Below are positions 19,353 through 28,411 of a stretch of DNA of 64,000 nt, piece by piece. The stretch spans positions 1,504,001 to 1,568,000 of the forward strand of contig OZ257156.1 of assembly GCA_965279375.1 (NCBI GenBank), read 5' to 3'. How positions within the stretch are numbered: position 1 is the first letter of the stretch; every line of letters starts with the position of its first letter. The notes below the pieces were generated by a model. That model had not been told where the DNA came from. It saw nothing but the letters and a program-made list of their open reading frames with translations, and searched no databases. Both the position numbers and the translations under genes were made by a program. The DNA comes from Gemmatimonas sp. GTDB taxonomy: Bacteria; Gemmatimonadota; Gemmatimonadetes; Gemmatimonadales; Gemmatimonadaceae.

Positions 19353-21383
19353 ATGTCTCGCTTCAAGGCTCTGATGTCCGACCACACGCTGCGCCGCAAC
19401 ATCGATCGACGTATCGCTGCGACGACGGCGCTGTTGATGCTGGCGTCTGGTGCGATGGCGTCCGCATTGCACGCGCAGGCACCGCGCGGTGCCGTTGTCG
19501 CCAAGGATGCACGCGTTCCGGCCACAGTGGTCAAAGGCGCGGTGAGCCGATCGTTCGTGGATGCCGCGATGCGCGGCGACACGGAGATGGCACTCAAGCT
19601 GTTGCGCGAAGGCGCGGACGTGAACGCGGCGCAGGGCGACGGCATGACGGCGTTGCACTGGGCTGCCGAGCGTGGTGATACCAAACTGGCGAAGGCATTG
19701 TTGGCGGCCAAGCCGAACGTGAAGGCGGTCACGCGCATCGGGTCGTACACGCCGCTGCACATTGCGGCCAAGTCCGGCAACGCCGATGTGATTGCTGCAC
19801 TCGTTGCTGCTGGCAGCGATGTGAAGGCCGCCACGTCGAGTGGCGCGACGGCGCTGCACTTCGCAGCAAAGGCAGGCAATCCGATCGCGATCGGCACACT
19901 CCTCGATGCCGGCGCCGACGTCAACTCGCGCGAAGGTGTGTGGGGCCAGACCCCGCTGATCTTTGCCGCCGAGTATGATCGAGTGGATGCGATTCGCACA
20001 CTGCTCAAGCGCGGCGCCGATGCCTCGATCGTGACGCGCACGCAGAGCGTGACCGATGATGCCGCGCGCGAACAGGCTGCGACCAAGCGTCGCAACGAAG
20101 TGCTGATCTCCTTCGATCCACCGAAGGCGATGCCCGATTCGGCAGAGCTCAAGAAGATTCTCGCCGAGAAGGGTCCGACCGCTGCAGCGGCCGCGGGCAA
20201 GCGTGTGCCAATCGGACCGTTCACGCCGGCGCAGATGCAGGCGGCGATCGATTCCGGGCGCGCCGCCATGATGCGCATGGAGCGCCCCAAGGGACCCGTT
20301 GCCGAAGTCGTCGACTCCATCAACGGCGGTGTGGCAGGCTACCTCGGCTCCGTTGGTGCGGTCGGCGGACTGTCCGCACTGCATCACGCGGTGAGACAGG
20401 GCAACACCACGGCCGTGATCGCGCTGCTCGACGGCGGCGCCAAGATCAACGACACGACCAGCGTCGATCGGACTACGCCGCTCCTGATGGCCGCGATCAA
20501 CGGTCAGTTCGACGTCGCGCTCGCGCTGATTGAACGCAAGGCCGATCCGAATCTGGCGAGCACCGCCAACATGACGCCGCTGTATGCGGTGCTCAACACG
20601 CAGTGGGCGCCCAAGTCGCGCTACCCGCAGCCGCAGGCGTTGCAGGCGCAGAAGGCGCCGTACCTGCAGGTGATGGAAGCGCTGCTCAAGGCCGGCGCCA
20701 AGCCCAACGTGCGTCTCACGACGCATCCGTGGTACTTCGCGTTCAACAACTGCGGCAACGCCAACTGCGGTCTCGAGAATCTCGAGGGCACGACGCCGTT
20801 CTGGCGCGCGGCGTACTCGGTGGACGTCGATGCGATGAAGCTGCTCGCTAAGTACGGTGCGGACGTAAACCTGCCGTCACAGCGTACGCCGGCTTCACTC
20901 GCGGCTGCGGGACGCGGACGCGCCGGACGCGGTGGCGCGGATGGCTTCGCACCGCCGGCGATGCGCAATCTTCCCGAAATCGATTCGCTGGCGAAGATCG
21001 CGCCCGTTGGCCCGGGCGTATTCCCCATCATCGCAGCGGCGGGTGTCGGCTACGGCAACGGCTTCGCGGGCAACTCGCACCGCCACGCGCCCGACGGCTG
21101 GATGCCCGCGATGCGCTACCTGGTGGAAGAGCTCAAGATGGACGTGAACGCGCGTGACCAGCAGGGGATGACGCCGTTGCACCACGCTGCCTCGCGCGGT
21201 GACAACGACATGATCCTCTACCTGGTCAAGCACGGGGCGAATGTGAAGGCGGTCTCGCGCAACGGACGCACGGTCGTCGACATGGCCAACGGCCCGGTGC
21301 AGCGCGTGCGCCCGTTCCCTGAAACGATCGCGCTGCTCGAAAAGCTGGGCGCGGTCAACCAGCATCACTGCGTCAGCTGCTGA
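19353..21383 (+). CDS. Exported ankyrin-repeat protein
   Basis: Many G-x-T-(A/P)-L-H/TPL repeats (GMTALHWAA, YTPLHIAA, GATALHFAA, GQTPLIFAA, GMTPLHHAA) and a signal-like N-terminus. Confidence 0.9.
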   Translation: MSRFKALMSDHTLRRNIDRRIAATTALLMLASGAMASALHAQAPRGAVVAKDARVPATVVKGAVSRSFVDAAMRGDTEMALKLLREGADVNAAQGDGMTALHWAAERGDTKLAKALLAAKPNVKAVTRIGSYTPLHIAAKSGNADVIAALVAAGSDVKAATSSGATALHFAAKAGNPIAIGTLLDAGADVNSREGVWGQTPLIFAAEYDRVDAIRTLLKRGADASIVTRTQSVTDDAAREQAATKRRNEVLISFDPPKAMPDSAELKKILAEKGPTAAAAAGKRVPIGPFTPAQMQAAIDSGRAAMMRMERPKGPVAEVVDSINGGVAGYLGSVGAVGGLSALHHAVRQGNTTAVIALLDGGAKINDTTSVDRTTPLLMAAINGQFDVALALIERKADPNLASTANMTPLYAVLNTQWAPKSRYPQPQALQAQKAPYLQVMEALLKAGAKPNVRLTTHPWYFAFNNCGNANCGLENLEGTTPFWRAAYSVDVDAMKLLAKYGADVNLPSQRTPASLAAAGRGRAGRGGADGFAPPAMRNLPEIDSLAKIAPVGPGVFPIIAAAGVGYGNGFAGNSHRHAPDGWMPAMRYLVEELKMDVNARDQQGMTPLHHAASRGDNDMILYLVKHGANVKAVSRNGRTVVDMANGPVQRVRPFPETIALLEKLGAVNQHHCVSC

Positions 21384-21978
21384 GTCGCTGTTGAGTTGAT
21401 GGATGTGAAACGCCGCCGCGCATGTCGTGGCGGCGTTCTGCTATCGGTGCGGGCGCGTTCGCATAGCGACGATACCGTCCGAGCAGATGCCCGAGCGCCA
21501 CGATGATCGGGAAGAGCAGGCGCTGCACCGGCCCAGGAATCTCCAGGATCGTGAACTCCGAGCGATAGCGCGTGAGGAGAAACGCCGCGTCGAAGAGCCC
21601 AACTCGTGGCGCACCGGCGCGCTGCTGCGCCGCAAAGATCTCGCCCAGGAAGTATTCGATGTTCTCGATGGGCTCGATGATGCCCGTGCAGCGCAGCGGT
21701 GTGTCACCCGCATTCCAGAAACGGTGTGCATCACCCGCCTCGAACGCCACGGTCTCTCCCGGTCCGGCAAAGTGCGAGACGCCGTCCAGCCGCTGATAGC
21801 CGATGCGCCCTTCCTCCACCGTCAGCACTTCCCGTTGCCGATGATGCACATGCATCGGCGGTCCGGAGCCCGGTGCGACGACGTTCTCGACGTCCAGGCG
21901 ATCACCGGTGCGGCGGAGAAAGGTCAAACGCTCGCCGTGGCCGTTGTCGATGGTGTGCGGATAGCGAAATTCAGGCAT
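21373..21978 (-). CDS. Cupin domain protein
   Basis: GPPMHVHHRQREVLTVEEG...GPGE...AHRFWNAG. GAGGAG RBS upstream. Confidence 0.82.
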   Translation of the reverse strand: MPEFRYPHTIDNGHGERLTFLRRTGDRLDVENVVAPGSGPPMHVHHRQREVLTVEEGRIGYQRLDGVSHFAGPGETVAFEAGDAHRFWNAGDTPLRCTGIIEPIENIEYFLGEIFAAQQRAGAPRVGLFDAAFLLTRYRSEFTILEIPGPVQRLLFPIIVALGHLLGRYRRYANAPAPIAERRHDMRGGVSHPSTQQRLSS

Positions 21979-22052
21979 ACGAGTCTCCTCGGACTTTCCA
22001 ATGAATTGGCGAGATCGCCGCGCTCCGATCCCGGAGGCACGCTGACGGTCTC

Positions 22053-22071
22053 ACTTTACAGGCTGTAAAGT
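22053..22071. promoter_or_regulatory. Perfect palindrome ACTTTACAG-G-CTGTAAAGT, candidate TetR operator
   Basis: 9-1-9 inverted repeat between the divergent cupin and TetR genes. A related copy, TTACAGGGTGTCAA, lies at 22097-22110. Confidence 0.75.
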
Positions 22072-22103
22072 TCCTACGCACGATCATCGTCGGAGGTTAC
22101 AGG

Positions 22104-22751
22104 GTGTCAAGCGAGCAGGGAGAGCGGTCCGGGACGCAGGTGCGGATTCTCGAGGCGGTGTTGGCTTCGATGACCGCGGGGGACCCGGAGGTGCTCAACG
22201 TCGGAGCCATCGCCAAGCGCGCGGGCGTATCGAGGCAGGCGGTCTATCTGCACTTCCCCAGTCGCGGCACGCTCGCGGTCGAGGCGGCGCGGTGGCTCGA
22301 TGAGCGCGAGAATCTCACGCAGGCGCTCGCGCCGGTCATCAACGCCACATCGGTGGACCAGATGCTCGCGTTCTACGCGCGGTTCTGGGCCGACTTCAAT
22401 CCGCGCATCGCTCCGGTCGCCCGCATGCTGCTGCATCTGCGCGCGATCCCGGCGCTCAACGACGCGTGGCTCGACCGGCTGGCGGCGCGCCAGGGTGGCT
22501 CACGCATGCTTGCGCAGCGGATCAAGAACGCCAAGCGGCTGCATGAATCGTTCACCGTCGCATCGGCGGGCGATTGGATCGCGGCCGTCGGCTCCTACGC
22601 CGTCTGGGAAGAGCTTACGCAGGACCTCGGCTGGTCCACGGCGCGCTACGTCGAACACATGACCGTCATGTTGCAGCGCACACTGCTGACGCCCGTGCCG
22701 CGCACGACAAAGCAGGCCAAACCAAAGAAAGCCAAGCCGAAGCGAGCGTGA
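22104..22751 (+). CDS. TetR/AcrR family regulator
   Basis: RILEA...IAKRAGVSRQAVYLHFPSR HTH. Confidence 0.9.
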   Translation: MSSEQGERSGTQVRILEAVLASMTAGDPEVLNVGAIAKRAGVSRQAVYLHFPSRGTLAVEAARWLDERENLTQALAPVINATSVDQMLAFYARFWADFNPRIAPVARMLLHLRAIPALNDAWLDRLAARQGGSRMLAQRIKNAKRLHESFTVASAGDWIAAVGSYAVWEELTQDLGWSTARYVEHMTVMLQRTLLTPVPRTTKQAKPKKAKPKRA

Positions 22752-22755
22752 GCCG

Positions 22756-23532
22756 CTAGCTCGATCGGTGCCGACCGGGTGTGGAGCCCAGAACTGATTT
22801 GAACGCCGTCACGAAGGCGCTGGTGTTGGAGTAGCCGACAGCCAGAGCCGTTTGCGTCACGCTCGCGCCGTCCGCAAGCAACTCGAGCGCATGCTGAATC
22901 CGCGCTCGCTGGCGCCAGGCACCGAAGGGGAGACCGGTTTCGTCGCGAAAGAGCCGCTCCAGCGTGCGCACACTGGCCCCTGCCTCACGCGCGAGACGCA
23001 GCGCGTCATGCGACGCGAGTACGTCACGCCGCACCAGTTCCGCGGCCCGCAGGGCGCGCGCGTCGCGTGGTGACGGCAACGCCACGGAGTCGGCTGGCGC
23101 GGCGGTGAGTTCATCGACAAAAACATCGAGTAGCCGGCGCTCACGCACGCGTCGCTGATCGAGCGTGCCGGAGTGGAAGATGCGCGTGAGCAGCGCTCGA
23201 AGCAGTGGCGTCTGTTGCACCACCACGGTGTCACGGGGCATGCGCTGACATGGCGCGCCGCGAAGATAGACGCGACGCAGCGTCCCCTTTCCAGACAACG
23301 AGACCGCGCTCGTGCGATGTGGCGGAAGCCAGAGCGCCTGCGCACTTGGCACCACCCAACGCCCCTCCTCGGTCTCCACCGACAGCGTCCCGCGTGACGT
23401 GCTCAGGAGCTGACCCCACGACACGCCGGAGCTTCGCCACTCGTAGCCAGGACTGAACCCGACGGCCACGGAGCGCAGGTGTGGTTCACCTCGACCGGAC
23501 GTCATGTCGACTGGTTGGCGGATATTCGACAT
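22756..23532 (-). CDS. AraC family regulator with an N-terminal cupin
   Basis: LAREAGASVRTLERLFRDETG..F..WRQ...VTQTALAVGYSNTSAFVTAFKSVLG.TP. Confidence 0.9.
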   Translation of the reverse strand: MSNIRQPVDMTSGRGEPHLRSVAVGFSPGYEWRSSGVSWGQLLSTSRGTLSVETEEGRWVVPSAQALWLPPHRTSAVSLSGKGTLRRVYLRGAPCQRMPRDTVVVQQTPLLRALLTRIFHSGTLDQRRVRERRLLDVFVDELTAAPADSVALPSPRDARALRAAELVRRDVLASHDALRLAREAGASVRTLERLFRDETGLPFGAWRQRARIQHALELLADGASVTQTALAVGYSNTSAFVTAFKSVLGSTPGRHRSS

Positions 23533-23622
23533 AGAGCGTCAAAATACAGAAAGCCAGACAGTACGGCGAACTGTATGTTCTGGCCGTGCAGCCGACCTTC
23601 CAATGCCACCGTCGAGGATCCC

Positions 23623-24033
23623 ATGACACGCTCGCGGCAACCGCAGTCCCCCGTGCGCCACTTCGCCATCAACGCGGATGATCTGCCGCGAGCACGCCAG
23701 TTCTATGAGGGCGTCTTCGGCTGGCGCTTCAACGCCTGGGGCCCGCCGGGTTTCTTCATGATCGAGACGGGCGCCGCGGACACTCCGGCCGTGATGGGAT
23801 CGCTGCAGCAGCGTCGTGACATCGTTCCCGGCGAGCGCATCAATGGCTTCGAGTGCACGATCGCCGTCCCGGACATCGCCGAGGCGGAGGCGGCTATCCT
23901 CGCACACGGCGGCACGATCCTGATGCCCCGCGCGACGATTCCGACCGTCGGGCATCTCATCTGGTTCCGCGATCCTGAGGGCAACGTCGCCGGCGCGATG
24001 CAGCCGGATCCCAAGGCCATGGTGGAGTACTGA
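23623..24033 (+). CDS. VOC/glyoxalase family protein
   Basis: HFAINADDLPRARQFYEGVFGW...GG.I.MP...IPTVG...FRDPEGN. GAGGA RBS. Confidence 0.88.
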   Translation: MTRSRQPQSPVRHFAINADDLPRARQFYEGVFGWRFNAWGPPGFFMIETGAADTPAVMGSLQQRRDIVPGERINGFECTIAVPDIAEAEAAILAHGGTILMPRATIPTVGHLIWFRDPEGNVAGAMQPDPKAMVEY

Positions 24034-24082
24034 CGGCGCAGCGACATTTGCGCGGGGAGCATCTCACTTCGGTCCACCTGCC

Positions 24083-24529
24083 ATGCCAGCCATTCAAGAC
24101 GCTGCTGCTCGCTCAGCGATCTCCGCGCGCATCGATCGACTCACCGCGCAGTCCACTCCCGCGTGGGGCAAGATGAACGTGTCGCAGATGCTCACGCATC
24201 TGAGCGATGCGTTACGCATGACCTTCGGCGAGCTGCCCGTACGCGAGCGACACATGCCATTGCTGCGCTCGTTTCCGATGAAGCAGCTCGTGCTCTACGT
24301 GCTTCCGTTCCCGAAAGGCGCGCCCACGGCGCCGGAGCTACTGTCGCGCGTCCCCGATTCGTTCGACGCTGAGCGTGCGCAGTGCAAAGCACTGCTCGAA
24401 CTTTTCGGGGATACCAGCGGCTCGCTGCGGTTCGCGCCGCATCCGATTTTTGGTCCACTCACGCCGTCGCAGATGGGCACGCTGGTGCACAAGCATATCG
24501 ATCACCATCTGCGGCAGTTCGGCGTGTAG
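24083..24529 (+). CDS. DUF1569/DinB-like protein
   Basis: WGKMNVSQMLTHL...HPIFGPLT...HKHIDHHLRQFGV. Confidence 0.85.
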   Translation: MPAIQDAAARSAISARIDRLTAQSTPAWGKMNVSQMLTHLSDALRMTFGELPVRERHMPLLRSFPMKQLVLYVLPFPKGAPTAPELLSRVPDSFDAERAQCKALLELFGDTSGSLRFAPHPIFGPLTPSQMGTLVHKHIDHHLRQFGV

Positions 24530-24546
24530 CGTCGCGCGAGGCGACG

Positions 24547-25635
24547 TCAGGGCTTCTTCGCTTCGCCCGCGAGCAGGAGATTCACATGCTCCTGCGCCTG
24601 CTGTAGCCCGCCCTCGGCTTCCTGCCAGCCGATCTTTCCGTCGCCGTTGGCATCGACGCCCGCAGTCAGCTGCGCCGTGAGTGACGCCAGTTGGCTGGTG
24701 AGCGCGGCCGCATCGCTCGCGCTGGTAGCCGCCTGGATCTGCTTGGCCAGTGCGATCGCCTGATCGGCGCGCGCCGCTGCGGCGCGCGCAGCCGTCGCCA
24801 CATGCGCGGCATGCATCGTCACGTTGGGTGATGCGCCCTGCGACTTGGCGGCGAGCTCGATGTGCGCGGCCACGCCGTTCGCCGCCTTCTTGAGACCATA
24901 GCCAAGTCCGGGGCCAGCCGCGACGATCGTGGGGTCAATCGCGTTGATGACGTGACCGGCGTGCATCTTCATCGCGTCGAGATTCGTCGGCGTGCGCATG
25001 GACAGTGCCGCGTGCTGTGCGGCGGTCGCCGCTTCCTTCAACGCCGCAGGGAGCAGTCCCATGTTCATCGGCGTGTCGAAGAAGCTGTTGACCACGTGAC
25101 CAACATGCGTGCCGACTGGGCCATCGGGCACCTTGATCGCTGCGACCGTTGCCGGTGCGGGAGCTGCGATCACTTGTCCGGGCGTTGGAACGCCGGTCTC
25201 CTTGGCGATCACTGCATCGAAGATGCTGCGTGCGCCGGCATTGGTGGCCACGAGATACGTCTTGCGCTGATACTCCGCCTCCGTGGTGCCCGCTCGCTGA
25301 ATGAGATCGGCGATCTGTGCCGAGAGCTTGTCGCGCAGCTGTTGCTGAATGGCCGGCGTCTTGTTCCGAGCCAGAGAGAGCTGGAATTGCGTGGAGTCGC
25401 GTGCCACCGAGATTGCGATCTCGAGCTTGGCGAAGGCCGTGAGCTCCTCGCGTGTCATCCCCGCGGCACCGGCGGTCGCGGCGGGCGGCTGCGCGGCGGC
25501 CGGTGGCGCTGATTGCGCAGCGAGTGGCGCCGTGCGTGCGGGAGCAACGGCGGCGATCGCGAGCGCGGCGAGGAGAGAGGTCGTCGCGCGGGCGCGCGTG
25601 AGGAAGGCGGGGCAAGGCGGGACGCGCAACATCAT
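24547..25635 (-). CDS. Hypothetical exported Ala-rich helical protein
   Basis: Signal-like leader, HVGHV and HAGHV motifs, and a DANGDGKI loop. GGAG RBS. Confidence 0.7.
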   Translation of the reverse strand: MMLRVPPCPAFLTRARATTSLLAALAIAAVAPARTAPLAAQSAPPAAAQPPAATAGAAGMTREELTAFAKLEIAISVARDSTQFQLSLARNKTPAIQQQLRDKLSAQIADLIQRAGTTEAEYQRKTYLVATNAGARSIFDAVIAKETGVPTPGQVIAAPAPATVAAIKVPDGPVGTHVGHVVNSFFDTPMNMGLLPAALKEAATAAQHAALSMRTPTNLDAMKMHAGHVINAIDPTIVAAGPGLGYGLKKAANGVAAHIELAAKSQGASPNVTMHAAHVATAARAAAARADQAIALAKQIQAATSASDAAALTSQLASLTAQLTAGVDANGDGKIGWQEAEGGLQQAQEHVNLLLAGEAKKP

Positions 25636-25716
25636 GTGCTCCGGAGGTGAGTCGGGCAGAAGCTACGAACTCACCGCTGGCTGCGGAAGACGAGTGCGCG
25701 CGTCCGCCGCTGATTG

Positions 25717-26169
25717 CTACTTCTTGGCGTCGAGCATCGCCTGCATGCGCTTGCGGAAGCGATCCGCCGTCGCACGCCCGTTCTCCGTCTGCGTTGCCGC
25801 CCACTCGGCGTTCCGGAAGCCGATCGGACTGATCTTCTCGCGGTACTCAGCCAGCCAGGGCTCGATTCGCGAATACAGCAGCAGCCCTTCGCCGTTGCTC
25901 TCCATCATGAACTCGGCGTGGATCGTGCCGTGGCGTGCCATGCCGTACGTCATCTCCCAGAAGGTCGCGCACTGACGAAACGCCGCGTTCAGCGGATGAT
26001 CGCCCTTGGTGATCGCGACCACATCGTCGAAGCTGGTGGGAAGAAAGGTGGCGTTGAGCAGACCGCGCGATTCGCGCATGACCGGCTCGCGGCGCAGTTC
26101 GTACAGCTTGAGCACCAGTTCGGCGTCGTGGTGATCCGGAATGTCCTTGACGTTCTTGAAGATCTGCAT
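25717..26169 (-). CDS. Conserved hypothetical protein (DUF4760-like)
   Basis: DAELVLKLYELRREPVMRESR...FWEM pattern with typical codon usage. Family call is tentative. Confidence 0.6.
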   Translation of the reverse strand: MQIFKNVKDIPDHHDAELVLKLYELRREPVMRESRGLLNATFLPTSFDDVVAITKGDHPLNAAFRQCATFWEMTYGMARHGTIHAEFMMESNGEGLLLYSRIEPWLAEYREKISPIGFRNAEWAATQTENGRATADRFRKRMQAMLDAKK

Positions 26170-26404
26170 CGTGGCGACGTGACAGGGGATGAAGTGTCGA
26201 TCCAGCTCGTGACATGGGAGTATCCCGACGCGGGGCCGGTCGTGCAAGTCGCGGTGGCTTGCGCCGCTCTGCTGCAGGGCGCAGCGTAGGGAACGAAACA
26301 ACCCGCCCCGCATCCCCTCACGTTGTTCACGCACGGAGCGATGTATGCGTTACCAGCAGGCGCGCCTGTCCGATTCCATATCCCAGCGTGCGCGCACCCT
26401 CTTC

Positions 26405-27478
26405 ATGACACCTCGCTTCGCGCTGGCGGCCGCGCTGATCGTCGCGCCCATGGCCACTGCGTCCGCGCAGGGTCGCTGCGGTGGCGAGCGCGCCGGCACG
26501 CCCGCGTGCGACACGACACCGGCCAAGGCGCCCTTTGCGCCAACGGGATGGAAGACTGTCGCGCTCGATCACTTCTCGATGCAGGCGACGGACTACAAGC
26601 GCGAAGCCGCCTACTACGCCACGCTGATGAACTGGACGCTGCGCAGCGACGATGGTACGCAGGCGGTGCTCGACATTGGGGATGTCGGCAGCATGGTCAT
26701 TCGAGGCGGCTTTCAGGCGCCGCCGCCGCCTCCGCCTCCATCCGCGGCGGATAGTGCGGCCGCAGCCGGTCGCGGTGGTCGCGGTGGTGGAGGTGCGCGC
26801 GCGCCGCGCAAAGTGGTGTGGGATTCGTTCTGCTGGGTGATCGCGCCGTGGGATGCGAAGAAGGTGGAAGCCGAGTTGATCAAGCGCGGTCTCAAGCCTG
26901 TCGCGGACAACGATGGCAAAGGCTTCGAGAGCTTCCATGTGAAGGATCCCGATGGCTTCGACGTCCAGATCAGCAACGACGCGCATGTGAAGGCACGGAA
27001 GGCGCGCGCGCAGACGGCCGGATTGCCTGTGACCGCTCCCTTTGCCGCGACCGACTGGAAGACGGTATGGCTCGATCACATCTCCTTTGAAGTATCCAAC
27101 TACAAGGAGAGCACGGCGTTCTACACGACGCTGCTGGGATGGAAGGCCACGGGTGACGAAGGCAGTCAGAACGAAGTGGAGATCGGAGATGTCGGCAACA
27201 TCCTGATTCGCGGCGGAAACCCCAACGCGGCTCCGTCAGCTCCGCCAGCGCCACGTCGTGCGGCAATGGGTCATGTGTCCTTTGGTATCACGCGGTTCGA
27301 CGCCGACCAGACGAAGGCTGGGCTCGTGTCGCGTTCGCTGACGAGCCGAGAGGATACGGGCGGCAAAGGTGACATCCACGACCCGGCGGCCAAGTACAAG
27401 AGCTACCACACCACCACGCCTGACGGTTACGATCTACAGATCAGCAACGCCAGCAAGGCCAATCGTACCGTGCGGTAA
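26405..27478 (+). CDS. Exported protein with tandem VOC/glyoxalase domains
   Basis: Signal peptide (ATASAQ). Internal duplication APFA.T.WKTV.LDH.S...Y.TL..W...IGDVG...IRGG...PDG(F/Y)D.QISN. Confidence 0.82.
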   Translation: MTPRFALAAALIVAPMATASAQGRCGGERAGTPACDTTPAKAPFAPTGWKTVALDHFSMQATDYKREAAYYATLMNWTLRSDDGTQAVLDIGDVGSMVIRGGFQAPPPPPPPSAADSAAAAGRGGRGGGGARAPRKVVWDSFCWVIAPWDAKKVEAELIKRGLKPVADNDGKGFESFHVKDPDGFDVQISNDAHVKARKARAQTAGLPVTAPFAATDWKTVWLDHISFEVSNYKESTAFYTTLLGWKATGDEGSQNEVEIGDVGNILIRGGNPNAAPSAPPAPRRAAMGHVSFGITRFDADQTKAGLVSRSLTSREDTGGKGDIHDPAAKYKSYHTTTPDGYDLQISNASKANRTVR

Positions 27479-27511
27479 CGACCGCAACTTCTCTTCTCGC
27501 GACGAACTCCC

Positions 27512-27715
27512 ATGCAATGGTCCATTGTCGGCCTCAACATGCTGTATGCCGTGCTGGGCGTGGTACTCATGTTCGTCGCGTATCGCGTGATCGACCTGCT
27601 GACGCCGCAGGTCGATTTCGCGGAGGAGCTCAAGAAGGGCAACATCGCCGTCGGCCTGTTCATTGCCGCCATCTTCATCGCGGTGGCCATCGTGATTGGT
27701 GGCGCGCTCAACTGA
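27512..27715 (+). CDS. DUF350 small membrane protein
   Basis: YRVIDLLTPQVDFAEELKKGNIAVG between two TM helices. Confidence 0.82.
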   Translation: MQWSIVGLNMLYAVLGVVLMFVAYRVIDLLTPQVDFAEELKKGNIAVGLFIAAIFIAVAIVIGGALN

Positions 27716-27742
27716 CGCGTGACTGACCCGACGCGCAGCGAC

Positions 27743-28411
27743 ATGTCGTTTGCCACTCGCAGTATGCGGAACCTGCTGGTGCTGCTGACGGCGTTGCTAT
27801 GCGTCGGAATTGCCACCTCACGCCCGTTGCTCGCGCAGGGGCGCGCGCCGGCCGATCGCTACGACGACGACTTTCGCAAATACTCCAAGCGCACCTTCGG
27901 CCCCGCCTTCGACTGGCGCATCTTCAAGGCGCAGGGCATGGCTGAGAGCAATCTCGACTCGGCGGCGAAAAGCTGGGTGGGTGCGCGCGGCGTCATGCAG
28001 CTGATGCCCGACACGTTTCGCGAGATTGCGTCGAAAAATCCGGAGCTCGAGCGCATCGACGATCCGGAGATGAACATCGCCGCCGGCATCGCGTACGATC
28101 GTCGACTCTGGTTGCGGTGGGAAAGCGATTCGGTGATGTCCGATCGCGAACGTTTCATGTTTGCCAGCTACAACGCCGGTCGCACGACGCTGCTGAATGC
28201 GCAGCGCGTTGCACGCACGGCCTCTCTCGATCCCCGTATGTGGTCAAATATCGAAACGGTTGCACCGAAGGTCCCGCGCTGGCGTCATGCGGAAACGCTC
28301 AACTATGTGCGACGCATCTCCGACTTCGTCGCGCAGCTGGATGATCGTGGGCGCGTGATCGCCGGCAGCACCACGGCGCGCGGAATGGCCGCACACGGAG
28401 CACGGCGATGA
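27743..28411 (+). CDS. Lytic transglycosylase (SLT domain), exported
   Basis: AES, GARGVMQLMP, ASYNAG and ETLNYV motifs. Start lies between 27719 and 27764. Confidence 0.88.
   Translation: MSFATRSMRNLLVLLTALLCVGIATSRPLLAQGRAPADRYDDDFRKYSKRTFGPAFDWRIFKAQGMAESNLDSAAKSWVGARGVMQLMPDTFREIASKNPELERIDDPEMNIAAGIAYDRRLWLRWESDSVMSDRERFMFASYNAGRTTLLNAQRVARTASLDPRMWSNIETVAPKVPRWRHAETLNYVRRISDFVAQLDDRGRVIAGSTTARGMAAHGARR

Noticed and set aside
16073..20726. Long minus-strand ORFs (586, 438 and 464 aa)
   Set aside because: Antisense to the well-supported DUF1592, DUF1552 and ankyrin genes, with Arg/His-rich shadow composition.
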